Source: Mobula hypostoma (taxonomy: Eukaryota). Taken from it: DNA of 64,000 nt. The DNA lies in contig NC_086097.1 of the NCBI RefSeq assembly GCF_963921235.1, positions 246,018,001 through 246,082,000 on the forward strand, in the 5' to 3' direction. Of this stretch, positions 12,801 to 24,889 are shown piece after piece. The notes under the pieces were generated by a model that was not told the origin of the DNA, ran no database searches, and was given only the letters and a program-made list of their open reading frames with translations. Each line of letters starts with the position of its first letter. Positions within the stretch are counted from its first letter, which is position 1. Made by a program: the position numbers and the translations under genes.

Positions 12801-14290
12801 CAGTCCCCGTGGAACACTACTAATCATCGGCAGTCAGCCAGAAAAGGCTCCCTTTATTCCTACTCTTTACCTCCTGCCAATCTGTCAACTCCCTGTACAT
12901 GCTAGTACCTTTTCTGTAATACCATGGGCTCTTAACTTGTTAAGCAGCCTCATGTATGACACCTTGTCAAAGGCCTTCTAAATATCCAAGTACACAACAT
13001 CTATCCTGTTTGTTATTTCTTCAAAGAATTCCAACAGATTAGTCAGGCAAGATTTTCCTTTGAGGAAGCCATACTGAATATGGCCTACTTTATCATGTGC
13101 CTCCATGTTCTCTGGAACCACATCCTTAACAATCAATTCCAAGATCTTCCCAACCACTAAGATCAGACTAACTGGCCTATAATTTTCTTTCTTCTGCCTC
13201 TCCCCCTTCTTGAAGAGTTGAGTGACATTTGCAATTTTCCAGTCCTCTGGAACGATGTCAAAATTTCTTGATTCTTGAAATATCATAATTAATGCCTCTA
13301 CAATCTCTTCAGCCACCTCTTTCGGAACCCTAGACGGTATAGCATCTGGTCCAGGTGACTTATCTATCTTCAGACCTTTCAGTTTCCCAAGAATCTTCTC
13401 CCTAGTAATGGCAACTTCACACACTTCTACCCCCCACTGACACTATCGAACTTCTGGCATACGGCTATTGTCTTCCACAGTGAAAACTGATGCAAAATAC
13501 TTATTTAGTTTATCCACTCACAAACAAGAGAAAATCTGTAGATGCTGGAAATCCAAGCAACACACGCAAAATGCTGGAGGAACTCAGCAGGCCAGGCAGC
13601 ATCTATGCAAAGAGTACCGTTGATGTTTCAGGCCGAGACCCTTCAGCAGGAAGTCCTCTCTTTGGCTTTTATGTTGGCTTTGATTTCTCCTGTTAGCTAA
13701 CGTTGTGTCATCTTGCCTGTAGGATACTTCTTCCTCTTTGGGGTGTATGTACCTTGTGTCTTCCAAGTTGCTCCCAGAAATTACAATTATTGCTGCACTG
13801 CCATCATCCCTGCCAGTGTTCTTTTCCAATTAATTTTGGCCATCTCTCTTAGCTCTAATTCCCTTTACTCCACTGTAATACTGTTACATCTGACTTTAGC
13901 TTTTCCTTCTCAAATTTTCAGGTGAATTTGATCATATTATGATCACCTGCACCAAGGGTTCCTTTACCTTAAGCTCTCTAATCAAATCCAGTTCATTGCA
14001 CAACACCCAATCCAGAACAGCAGATCCCCTAGTGGGCTCAACCACAAGATGCTCTAAAAAGCATGTTGTAGGCATTCTAGAAATTTCCCCTCCCTTGGGA
14101 TCCAGCAGCAACAGTATTTTCCCAATCTACCTGCATATTGAAATCCATTATGACTACTGTAACATTGCCCTTTCGATATTCATTTTCTATCTCCCATTGT
14201 AATTTGTAGATGCATCTTTACTACTGATTGAGGGTCTGTATGGAACTCCCATCAGGGTCTTTTTACCCTTACAGATCCTGAGTTCCAGTA
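9849..14290 (-). mobile_element. CR1 LINE (ORF2 remnants), interrupted by a plus-strand CR1 (10105-12066) and a PLE piece (13515-13652)
   Basis: (CCATAAGA) tail at ~9849; ORFs 12054-12317, 12529-12762 (KFAENTK) and 12978-13424 (KSPGPD, NYRPVSL, KGKSCLTNLLEFFE). Confidence 0.9.
10105..12066 (+). mobile_element. CR1 LINE, 5'-truncated, internally deleted ORF2
   Basis: ORFs 10699-11415 (KSPGPDGMHP, NYRPVSLTSVVGK, YLDFQKAF) and 11315-11560 (SGVPQGS, KFADDTK); (TCTTATGG) tail. Confidence 0.92.
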
Positions 14291-14544
14291 CAATGATTCA
14301 CTGTCTCTGCAGCTTGATAGGTATATCAACTGTGATATCAACTGTGTTGATAGTTGAAGGCTTGGCTGCTGAATGATACAGTGAAAGGAATGAGTGCAAA
14401 GGGGCCATAACTGGAGGGCTGTTGTGTTTATGAAGGTTGGGTGAGGGCACAGAATTCAGGAAAGGAAGCTGTGGAATGATCGACACAAAAATAGATGAGG
14501 ACCAATCCTCTGCTGGTCAGGGATTTTGATGGGAGCCTGACCTT

Positions 14545-15282
14545 GTTGCTTGCATTGAGAGGAGTCGCAACAACAACCTTGCACTGAACATCAATAAGAC
14601 CAAGGAATTGATTGTGGACTTCAGGGAGGGAATGTCAAGGAAACATACACCAGATCTGCACTGGAAAGGGTGAGCAGTTTCAAGTTCCTGGGTGTCAACA
14701 TCTCTGAAGATCTATCCTGGCCCCAACGTATTGATGCAATTACAAAGAAGGGACAACAGCAGCTGTATTTCTGAGTCTGAGGAGATTTGCTATGACACTA
14801 AAGACCCTTCAAATATCTACAAATGTTTTGTGGACAGCCGTCTAACTGGTTGAATTACGGTCGGGAATGGAGGGGCCACTGTACAGGATTGGAAAAAGCT
14901 GCAGAAAGTTACAAACTCAGCCAGCTCCATCGGGGCAGCAACCTCCCCAGCACTGAGGACACCTGAGGCAATGCCTCAGAAGGGCTCCATTTTGCTACCA
15001 TCAAGGTAGTGGTACAGGAGCTTGAAGATACACACTTACGTTTTACGAACAGTGCCCTCTCCTCTGCCATCAGATTTCTGAATGGGACAATGAACCAATG
15101 AACACTACCTCAATATATTTTCTTTGTTTTCTCTTCTCTTGCACTTCTTATTTAATTCAACTTTTTATATACCTCTTAGCGTAACTTTCATATTTGTTTT
15201 ATTCTGCATTGCAATGTATTGCAGCGGCAAGACAACATATTTCATGACAGACACCTATGATATTAAACCTGATTCTGAATCT
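14545..15282 (+). mobile_element. Rex1/Babar LINE 3' part
   Basis: NNLALNINKTKELIVDFR and FKFLGVNISEDLSW remnants; ends ATTAAACCTGATTCTGA. Confidence 0.8.
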
Positions 15283-15334
15283 CTGCACGCTGGGAAGTTT
15301 GCATCCACTGGACTGATAAGCACAGGATTGGAAC

Positions 15335-15515
15335 GATAGTACGACAGCACAGCAGTTAGCGCGATGCGATTACAGCTCGGGTGTTCAGAGTTCAATTCCA
15401 GCACCGTTCTGTAAGGAGTCTCTGTGTGTATCTTTCCCGGGGAATGTGTGGGTTTTCTCTGGGTCCTCTGATTTTCTTCCACAGTCCAAAGTCATGCTGA
15501 GTAGGTTAATTGGTT
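15335..15515 (+). mobile_element. tRNA-derived V-SINE
   Basis: B-box GAGTTCAATTCC followed by V-domain-like GTGGGTTTTCTCTGGGT...TTCCACAGTCCAAAG. Confidence 0.7.
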
Positions 15516-15807
15516 ACACTTAACCTATGACTTCTAGATAGAGTTCCACCCAACCCTAGTGGAAAAAGCCTGCTTGCATTTACCCTATCTATACCCTTCA
15601 TAATTTGTCATGCCTCCATCAAACCTCTCAACCTTCTATGTACCATGGAGTAAAGTCCTAACCCATCAATTTGCACACAATTCTCCAAATTATGCCTCAC
15701 CAATGTCTTATACAACTTCAACATAATGTCCCATCTCCTGTAATCAATACTTTAATTTATGAAGGCATATGTGCCAAAAGCTTTCTTTATGACCTTATCC
15801 ATGTGTG

Positions 15808-17710
15808 ATCACAAGATCACAAGACAAAGGAGCAGAAGTAGGCCATTCAGCCCATCGAGTCTGCTCCACCACTCCACCATGAGCTAAACTATTCTCCCAT
15901 CTAGTTCCAATTTCCAGCTTTTTCCCCATATCCCTTGATACCCTGACTAATTAGATACCTATCAATCTCCTCCTTAAACAGTGATTGGACCTCCACAGCT
16001 GTATGTGGCAACGAATTCCATAAATCCACGATCCTCTGGCTAAAAAAATTTCTCCTCATCTCCGTTTTAAATGGGTACCCTCTAATTCTAAGACTGTGGC
16101 CTCTTGTCCTGGACTCACCCACCAAGGGAAACAGCCTTTCCACATCTACTCTGTCCAACCCTTTCAACATTCGAAATGTTTCTATGAGATCCCCTCTCAT
16201 TCTTCTATACTCTAATGAATACAGTCCAAGAGCCGACAAACGCTCCTCATATGTTAGCCCCTGCATTCCAGGAATCATCCTCGTAAATCTTCTCTGAACT
16301 CTCTCCAACATCAGAGCATCCCTTCTAAGATAGGGGGCCCAAAACTGCACACAGTATTCCAAATGAGGTCTCACCACTGCTCCATAGAGCCTCATCAACA
16401 CCTCCTTACTCTTATACACTATTCTTCTTGAAACGAATGCCAACATAGCATTCGCTTTCCTTACTGCCGATCCAACCTCGTGGTTAATCTTTAAGGTATC
16501 CTGCACGAGGACCCCCAAGTCCCTTTGCACTTCTGAGTTTTGAATTTTCTCCCCATCTAAATAATAATCTGCCCGATTATTTCTTCTTCCAAAATGTACA
16601 ACTGTATATTTCTCAACATTGTATCTCATCTGCCATTTCTTTGCCCACTCTCCTAAACTGACCAAGTCTCACTGCAACCTTTCCGTTTCTTCAACACTTC
16701 CTGCTCCTCCACCTATCTTGGTGTCATCCGCAAACTTAGCTACAAAACTATTTAATCCATAATCTAAATCATTGATATACGTCGTAAAAAGAAGCGGCCC
16801 CAACACCGACCCCTGTGGAACACCACTAGTAACCGGCAACCAATCAGAATAGGATTCCTTTATTCCCATCCTTTGCTTTCTGCCTATCAGCCAATGCTCC
16901 ACCCATTCCAATATCTTTCCTGTAATTCCATGGGCTCTCATCTTATTAAGCAGCCTCTTATGCGACACCTTATCGAAGGCCTTTTGAATATCCAAATAAA
17001 CGACATCCACAGCCTCTCCCTTGTCAAGCAATACACATAAAAATTGCTGGTGAACGCAGCAGGCCAGGCAGCATCCACTGGAAGAGATACAGTCGACATT
17101 TCAGGCTGAGACCCTTCGTCAGGACTAGTTCCAAAACTCCACCTGAAACATCAACTGTACCTCTTCCAATAGATGCTGCCTGGCCTGCTGCATTCACCAG
17201 CAACTTTTATGTGTGTTGCTTGAAATTCCAGCATCTGCAGATCTCCTCGTGTTTGTGTTTTTAAACTCTCCCTTGTCAATCTTATTTGAGATTACCTCAA
17301 AAAATTCCAATATGTTGGTGAGGCAGGATCTTCCCTTCATGAAACCATGCTAGCTTCGGCCTATCTTGTCATGCACCTCGAGGTATTTCATAATCTCGTG
17401 CTTGAGAATCGACTCCAGTAACTTTCCAACTACCAATGTCAGACTAATAGGTCTGTAATTTTCTTTTTGCTGCCTCCCTCCTTTCTTAAACAGCGGAACT
17501 ACATTTGCAACCTTCCAGTCCTCCGGAACCATGCCAGACTATTGATTCCTGGAAGATCATTTCCAATGCCTTCACAATCTCCAAAGCCACCTCCTTCAGA
17601 ACCCGTGGGTGCACCTCACCCGGTCCAGGAGACTTATCTATTTTTAGTCCATTTAGCTTCCCAAGCACTTTCTCTCTAGTAATCTTTACTGTACCTAATT
17701 CTATTCCCTG
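15808..17710 (-). mobile_element. Younger CR1 LINE 3' half nested in the older CR1
   Basis: ORFs 15901-16665 (254 aa), 16669-17031 (SGVPQGSVLGP, KFADDTK) and 17350-17532; (GATCACAA) tail at 15808; TGTGTG on both flanks. Confidence 0.92.
17028..17265. mobile_element. Fold-back PLE insertion with 14-bp TSD
   Basis: Inverted arms; CTCTCCCTTGTCAA at 17014-17027 and 17266-17279; interrupts the CR1 RT. Confidence 0.9.
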
Positions 17711-18477
17711 AGAATATTCCTTGTTGTGTGCTACCACCTTCAATGAATTATGGACCTGTATTCCCAGATCCCTTTGTTCTATCACACTCCTCAGTGCCCT
17801 ACAGTTCACTGTGAAAGGCCCACCTTGGTTAGCCTGCCAAAGTGCAGCTCCTCACACTTGTCTGCATTAAATTACATCTACCATTTTCAACCCATTTTTC
17901 CAGTTGGTCCAGATCCCACTGCAAGCTCTGATCGTCTTCTTGGATGAGCACTACACCCCCAAACTCAGTGTCATCTGCAAATTATCATCCAGATCATTCA
18001 TATGGATGACAAACAACAATGGACCCAGCACTAACCTTGTGGCTTTCACTAGTCACAGGCCTCCAGTCATAGAGGCGACCCTCTACTACCAATCTCTGGC
18101 TTCTCCCACAAAATCAATGTCTAATCCAATTTACTATCTCAACTTGAATGCCAAGCGACTGGACTCCCTTAACTAACCTTCCATGGAGGATCTTGTCAAA
18201 TATCCAAGATGACAACATCTACTACCTTGTTTTAATTAACTCTTCTGGTACCTTCCTCAAATAAACTGTATAAGATTGGTTAGAAGTGACCTACCACGCA
18301 CGAAGCCATACTGACCATCCTTAATAAGTTTATGTCGATCCAAATACTCATATATCCAGTCCCTTAGAATACATTCCAGTAACTTTCCCATTACTGATGT
18401 CAGGCTCACTGGCCTGTAATTTCCTGGTTTAATTTTAGAGACTCTCTTAAACAGAGTGTCAACATTAGCTATCCTCC

Positions 18478-19001
18478 TGTCAGGTTTCGGTGGGACTCAA
18501 GTACAGACCGATGAATACTTTTTCACCAGGATTTATTAGGGAGCACAAAGGCAACAGTCTTTCAAAAACAGAAGGCAGGCACAAATCCAAAATGACAGGC
18601 AAGAGGTCTTACCGGGAAAGGCAGTCAGGCGAGGGCAGACAATCCAGACCACACAGGCAAAAGCAGGTCCAAGAACGGGCAAAATCCAAAACACAGAGTC
18701 AGGCAAAATCAGTTGGCAGAAGTCGCAATGACAGGCTAGAACAACACAGGTCAGAACTGGGATGAACTGGCAGAGAATACTAGTCGACGCAGGGTTTAAA
18801 TGGACAGGGTAATGAGTGAAAATTAGAAACAGGTGGGTGCAAATGAGGAGACGAGCAGGTAATTGGAGGAAGTCCAAAAAGGAAAGGGGCTGGGCCAGAA
18901 CCCACATGGCCAGGTGAAAGAAAACAGAAATCAAAGACTGTCGTGATCCAGAGCTACCAGCAGAGGCCCTTCGACCCAGTGTTCAGGCCGGATCGTTAAC
19001 A
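18478..19001 (-). mobile_element. Solo LTR (524 bp)
   Basis: TGTCA...TAACA ends; perfect 5-bp TSD CCTCC (18473-18477, 19002-19006); AATAAA on the minus strand near 18531; CR1 sequence is continuous when it is removed. Confidence 0.85.
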
Positions 19002-20135
19002 CCTCCAATCTTCCAATACCTCACCTGTCGCTAAGGCTGATTTAAATATCTCTGCTAGGGCTCCGGCAATCTCTGCACTTGCCTCCCATGTGGTCTGAGG
19101 AACACCTGGTCAGGACCTGGGGATTTATCCACCCTAATTTGACTCAAGACAGCAAGCACCTCCTCCTCTGTAATCTATATAGGGTCTATGACCTTTGCTG
19201 CAGCTTTGCCTCACGTCTATAGACTCAGTGTCCGTCTCCTGAGTAAATACAAAAACAAAGAATGCATTAAGATTTCCACCATCTGTTTTGACTCCACACA
19301 TGGATGACCGTCCTGATCTTCCAGAGGACCAATTTTGTCCATTGCAATCCTTTTGCTTTCAGCATATCTGTAGAGTCCCTTAGGATTCTCCTTCATCTTC
19401 TCTGCTAGTGCAAACTCATGTCTTCTTTTAGCTCTCCTGATTTCTTCCTTAAGTGTGCTCTTGCATTTCTTGTACTTCATAAGAACCTTATGCATCTTTT
19501 TTTTCTGAATCAGGGCCTCAATATCTCTTGAGAACCAAGGTTCTCTGCACCTTTTATCTTAACCTTTTATTCTGACAAGCACATATAATTACCTTGTATC
19601 CTCAAATTTCACTTTTGAAGGCCTCCCATTTACACAGTACACCTTTGCTAGTAAACATCTGCCCCAGTCCACACTTTCTGATACCATCTAAATTGACCTT
19701 TCTCCAATTTAGAATCTTAACCCACGGACCAGACCTATCCTTTTCCGTAATCACCTTGAAACAAATGGCATTGTAATCACTAGATTCAAAAGTGCTCCCC
19801 TGTCTCCTGCATCTTGCCCTGCCTCATTTCCTAATGGTAGATCAAGTATCACACACTCTTTCGTTGGGACTTCTATGTGGGATTGATGGGATAGAGTTGG
19901 TCATATGTGTTAAGGAAACTTTCCTGAACACATTTGACCTACGCTATCCCATCTAGTCCTTCCACAGTACGGGAGTCCCAGTAATATGTCAGAAGTTAAA
20001 ATCATATTACTATAACAACCTTATGTTTCTTTCGACAGTCTGCGGTCCGGCAACCAAATTTGCTGTTCTAACTCCCGTGGATTGATGGGTGGTTTGTAAT
20101 ATAGCCCGATTAACGTGGTCATACTTTCTTATTCC

Positions 20136-20440
20136 TCAGTTCCACCCACAAAGCCTCACTAGACGAGGTCTCCAGTCTGTCCTAACTGAGCACTGTGTGA
20201 CATTTTCCCTGACTAGTGCCACCCCACCCCCTTTAATACCTCGTGCTCTGTTGCGTCTAAAACAACGGAACCTTGAAATATTGAACTGCCAATCTTGCCC
20301 CTCCTGCAACCAAGTCTCACTAATGGCTACAACTTCATAGTTCCAGGTGTTGATCCATGCCCTGAGCTCATCTGCCTTTCCTACAATATTTCTTGCTTTT
20401 AAATATATGCAACTCAGAAACTTAGTTGCACCATGCTCAA
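20136..20440 (-). pseudogene. CR1 ORF2 apurinic/apyrimidinic endonuclease domain remnant
   Basis: LSCIYLKARNIVGKADEL...VVAISETWL...FRRNR...GGGVAL. Confidence 0.88.
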
Positions 20441-20650
20441 CCTTTTGGTTCTTAACTTTGTCTGAGATCTTACCAACATCTGCCTTCACAACCTCTCCAC
20501 TATCTGTGTTCTGGCTCCCACCCCCCTGCAACTCTAGTTTAAACCCCACCTTACAGCACCAGCAAACCTTTCTGCTAGGATATAGGTCCTCCTCCAGTTC
20601 AGGTGCAAACCGTCCCTTCTATACAGGTTTCACCTTCCTTGGAAGAGAGT

Positions 20651-21034
20651 TCAATAATCCAAAATTCGTATGCCCTCCCTCCTACACCAACTCCTTAGCC
20701 AGATGTTAAACTGTATAATCTTCCTGTTTCTGGCCTCACCAGCATGTGGCATGGGTAGCAATCTTGAGACCACAACTCTGGAGGTCCTGGCCTTTAACTT
20801 AGCACATAACTCCCTGAACTCCTTTTGCAGAAACTCATCACTCTTCCTAAGTGTGTCATTGGTACCTACATGGACCATGACCTCTGGCTGTTCATTGTCC
20901 CGCTTAAGGATGCTGATGACTGAGTTTGAAGTATCCAGGATCCTGGCACCCGGGAACCAACATACCATCTGGGAATCATGTTCTCGTCCACAGAACTTCC
21001 TTTCTGTTCCACTGACTAATGAAGCCCCTATCAC
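20651..21034 (-). pseudogene. CR1 ORF1 SGNH/GDSL esterase domain remnant
   Basis: IGASLV (GDS-like), VCWFPGA, VHVGTND and VVVSRLLP blocks, directly upstream of the ORF2 endonuclease. Confidence 0.85.
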
Positions 21035-21580
21035 CAGGGCTCACTTCATCTCCCCATTTCCCTTCTGAGTCACAGAGGCAGATGCAGTGCCAGAGACTCA
21101 CCCACTGTGACTTTCCTCTGTTAGGTCTGTTGTTGAGCAGGATGGCCACAGGGGTACTCTGCACTGGCTCCTTAACCCCTTTCCCTATCCTGACTGTCAC
21201 CCAGTTTCCTGTGTCCTGCACCTTGGGTGTAACTACCTCTCTATATGTCCTATCTATCATCCCCTCAACTTTCTGAATGATCAAAGGTTCAAAGGCTCAT
21301 TTATTATCAAAGTATGTATGCAGTGTACAACTCTGAGGATCATCTTCTCCCGATAGCCGCACAGCTAAGAAAAGATATGGAAATCAGTTCCGAGAGAAAA
21401 GGCAAACTGTTCCCCCCACCCCAACAAAAAAGAACAGCAACAAGATCATCAACTCCCAAAACCCCCCCTAAGTACATTACAGCCTTTGAGGTAAGATCAC
21501 AGATATGCTTCAAAATAATTGTGGAAATTTCAGTGGGCAATTTGAAGACAGCAAGGTGTGCTAAACAATGATAAGATATT

Positions 21581-21799
21581 CGAGCAACACACACAAATTG
21601 CTGGAGAAACTCAGCAGGCCAGGCAGCATCTATGGAAAAAAGTACAGTTGACAATTTGGGCTGAGACCTGCCGAAGGCTCCCTGCCCAAAATGTCGACTA
21701 CTTTTTTTTCCATAAATGTTGCCTGGCCAGCTGAGTTCCTCCAGCATTTTGTGTATGTTATTTGGACTTCCTGCATCTGCAGATTTTCTCTTGTTTGTG
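21581..21799. mobile_element. Fold-back PLE insertion with 14-bp TSD (1 mismatch)
   Basis: AATGATAAGATATT 21567-21580 and AATGATAAGGTATT 21800-21813; inverted arms meet at a decayed hammerhead. Confidence 0.85.
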
Positions 21800-21831
21800 A
21801 ATGATAAGGTATTTTTCATAAACACATGAGA

Positions 21832-22255
21832 TTCTACAGATGCTGGAAATCACACGCACAAAACGTGAGAAGAACTCGGCACGTCAGGCAGCATCTACGG
21901 AGGGGAATAAACAATTGATGTTTCAGGCCAAGACCTTTCTTCAGGACTGGAAAGGAAGGAGAGAAGAAGCCAGAATAAGAAGCTGGAGGTGGAGGGGATG
22001 GAGCACATGCTGGCAGGTGATTGGAGGGAAGGTGGTGGAGGAATGGGGGATGAAATAAGAAGCCAGGAGCTGATTGGTGGAAGAGGTAAAGGGCTGTCAA
22101 AATGGAATCTGACAGGAGTTGAGAGTGGACTATGGGAGAAAAGGAAGGAAGAGGAGAGCCAAAGGGAGACGATGAGCAAGTGAAGAAGGGTAAGTGAGGA
22201 TAAGGGATAGAAAAAAGACAGAAGGGAGAGGGGCAGATATTGATGTTATCCATAT
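21832..22255 (-). mobile_element. Penelope-like element 3' region
   Basis: Terminal repeat, hammerhead at ~21910-21950 and purine tract. Confidence 0.8.
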
Positions 22256-22311
22256 CGATAAACAGATATATGGAGAATAAGGTATTTTCTATATAACATC
22301 TTCAATTTGAG

Positions 22312-22868
22312 ACTTTATAAAGCACTGGTGATGCCTCACTTGGAGTATCGTGAGTAGTTTTGAGCCCCTTAACATTGAACCCTCTGCAGTTTCAGAATGT
22401 CTTTTCTAAGGCGGTTCACAAAAATGATTCCAGGATTGAAATGGCTTGTCATATGAAGAGCGTTTGATTGCTCTGGGCCTGTATTCACTAGAATTCAGAA
22501 GAATGAGGGGTGACCTCATTGAAACCTATTGAATGGTGAAAGGCCTTGATAGAGTGGATGTGGAGAGGATGTTTCCTATGGTGGGGGAGTCTAATACAGA
22601 GGACACAGCCTCAGAATAGAGGGGCGTCCTTTTCCAACAGAGATGAGGAGATATTTTTTCAGCAGAGTGAATCTGTGGAATTCTTTACAATATGTGGCTG
22701 TGGAGGCCATCTTTATGTATATTTAAGGCAGAGATTGATAGATTCTGGATTAGTCAGGGCATGAAGGGGTACAGGGGGGAAGGCAGGAGATTGGGGCTGA
22801 GAGGGAAAATGGATCAGACTCGATGGGCCAAGTGGCCTAATTCTGCTCCTATATTTTATGGTCTTATA
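22312..22868 (+). mobile_element. CR1 LINE 3' fragment
   Basis: LYKALVMPHLEY and LYSLEFRRMRGDLIETY remnants; CR1 tail. Confidence 0.85.
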
Positions 22869-23263
22869 TCTTGCCAGAATATTGCTTACTTATTTTTCGA
22901 AATAGAGCCATGGGATTTTTTTTTCAGCCACCCTAGAAAATTCCCTTGGCTCTATTTTGAAAAGAAGTAAATAAGATTCTGGCCAAGAAACTGGAAGAGC
23001 CCTCGATTAAGCTGTGAGCCAACACACAGCTCACTGAGCAGCGCTGCAGTGAAGTGTTGTTCTAGATTAAGTCAAAAGATAATGTTGCATAACAACAATG
23101 CATTTATCATTGCGACAAAATCACAATGTGTAAAATAAAACAATAATGCATTCTTGCTGTGATCAGTAATTAACAAACACCAGGCCACTTACCCTCGCAT
23201 GCCAAGTACAGCTCAGAACTCTGACTTCTGAATTCTGTGTACTTGACCCTAGGTTCTACAAAA

Positions 23264-24484
23264 CAGCCACTTTATTAGGTACCTCCTGTATGTAATACGG
23301 TGGCCTCTGAGAAGTTTGGATAGGTATATGGATGACTAAGGGTATGGAGGACTAAGGTCCGGGTGCAGATCTGTGGGATCAGGCAGTTCAAGTGGTTTAG
23401 CATGGACTAGATGGGGCGAAAGGCCTGCTTTTGCGCTGTGGTTTTTCTATGACTCTATGGCACAGGAGTAGGTGCAGCAAATCTGGGGAAGTCACATTCA
23501 ACACTACTTTGCTGTTGTTGCTGGTGTGTCATTGGGTAGGGGATCTCAGTGTTTCCAATCAATATTAATAATTGAGACAGAAGAACCCAATTTAAAGTAT
23601 CAGTTTAGACAATATAATGACAAGTGGAAAGTGAGTTTTGAGGAGCAAGAAAACACCTGCTTGGTGAGGTTGTCAGGTAAAAATCAGAATCACTGATATA
23701 CACTATGTCGTGAAATTTGTTGTTTTGCAGCAGCACTATACCACAAAGCATAAAATATACACTCTCGCCTCCTGTACCTAATAAAGAGGTCACTGAGTGT
23801 TTGCCCGTGGTATTCAGCTGCTGCAGCCCATCCACTTCAAGGTTTGCGTGTTCAGAGATGCTCTTCTGCACACCACTGTTGTAACGCGTGGTTATTTGAG
23901 TTACTGTCGTCTTCTTGTCGGCTTGAGCCAGTCCGACCATTCTCATCTGATCCCTCTCATTAACAAACTGCCATTCACTGAATGCAAACACAAGGAAATC
24001 TGCAGATGCTGGAATTTCAAGCAACACACATCAAAGTTGCTGGTGAACGCAGCAGGCCAGGCAGCACCTCTAGGAAGAGGTACAGTCGACGTTTCAGGGC
24101 GAGACCCTTCGTCGACTGTACCTCTTCCTGTAGATGCTGCCTGGCCTGTTGCGTTCTCCAGCAACTTTTATGTGATTCACTGAATGCTTTTTTTTGCTTC
24201 TCGCACCATTCTCTGTAAATTCCAGAGACAGTTGTGTGTGAAAATCCCAGGAGATCAGCAGTTTCTGAGATATTCGAACCACCCCGTTTGGAACCAACAA
24301 TCATGCCATGGTCAAAATCACTTAGATCACATTTCTTCTCCATTCTGATGTTTCGCCTGAACAATGTCAGAACCTCTTGACCGTGCCTGCATGCTTTTAT
24401 GCATTGAGTTGCTTCCACTTGATTGGCTGATTAGATTTTGCATTAAAGAGCAGGTGTGGTTAATAAAGTGGCCACCAAATGTAT
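23264..24484 (-). mobile_element. Tc1-like DNA transposon deletion derivative with nested insertions
   Basis: MEKKCDLSDFDHGMIVGSKRGGSNISETADLLGFSHTTVSGIYREW and ADKKTTVTQITTRYNSGVQKSISEH (paired-like HTH N-terminus); TIR motif GCCACTTTATTAGGTAC / TAATAAAGTGGCCAC at ~23266, ~23775 and ~24460. Confidence 0.85.
23986..24174. mobile_element. Fold-back PLE insertion with 13-bp TSD
   Basis: ATTCACTGAATGC at 23973-23985 and 24175-24187; splits the Tc1 transposase remnant. Confidence 0.9.
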
Positions 24485-24889
24485 AAATGTGAACCTGCTG
24501 AGAGTTTATTTTTATATTAAAATGTCTGTTGAATAAGTCTTTACAACATAAGGAAAAGGGTTAGTTCTAGCCTCTGATTTCACACTCTCTTGGTGTTGGG
24601 TTTGTGGGTGATGGCTGCTGCTGGAAATTAGTTTTAATTGATCCTTTTGATTGCCTCATCCTGGGCCAGCAATAGCATTGGGCACAGAAGCGTGTGCGAC
24701 CATCAGACATTCTGAACACAAATGTTTATAATCTAATTCAGCATCAGGAAGATAAATTGTTTGGCAGCGACCAATCAGCGATTGGAATTGTGAGAAGGTG
24801 TAGCTCACTCAGGATCTTTGATTACGTACATGAGGCATTGAATCACAGCAGTCTGGTGTTTTGAGTAGAGGTCAATCAGCACAATCGGT

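Larger units (their letters stand above)
15520..21280 (-). mobile_element. Near full-length decayed CR1 LINE (ORF1 plus ORF2), host to nested CR1, PLE and solo LTR insertions
   Basis: Collinear ORF1 (20651-21284), APE endonuclease (20136-20549) and RT remnants (17722-19500, 15520-15806). Confidence 0.88.

Noticed and set aside
20651..21034. SGNH hydrolase ORF as a host lipase/esterase gene
   Set aside because: It lies in the ORF1 position directly upstream of the CR1 endonuclease and is disrupted.
23986..24174. Fold-back units as CRISPR repeats, pre-miRNAs or ordinary MITEs
   Set aside because: Dispersed rather than arrayed; arms are PLE terminal repeats of unequal length, with variable centres and variable TSD lengths.
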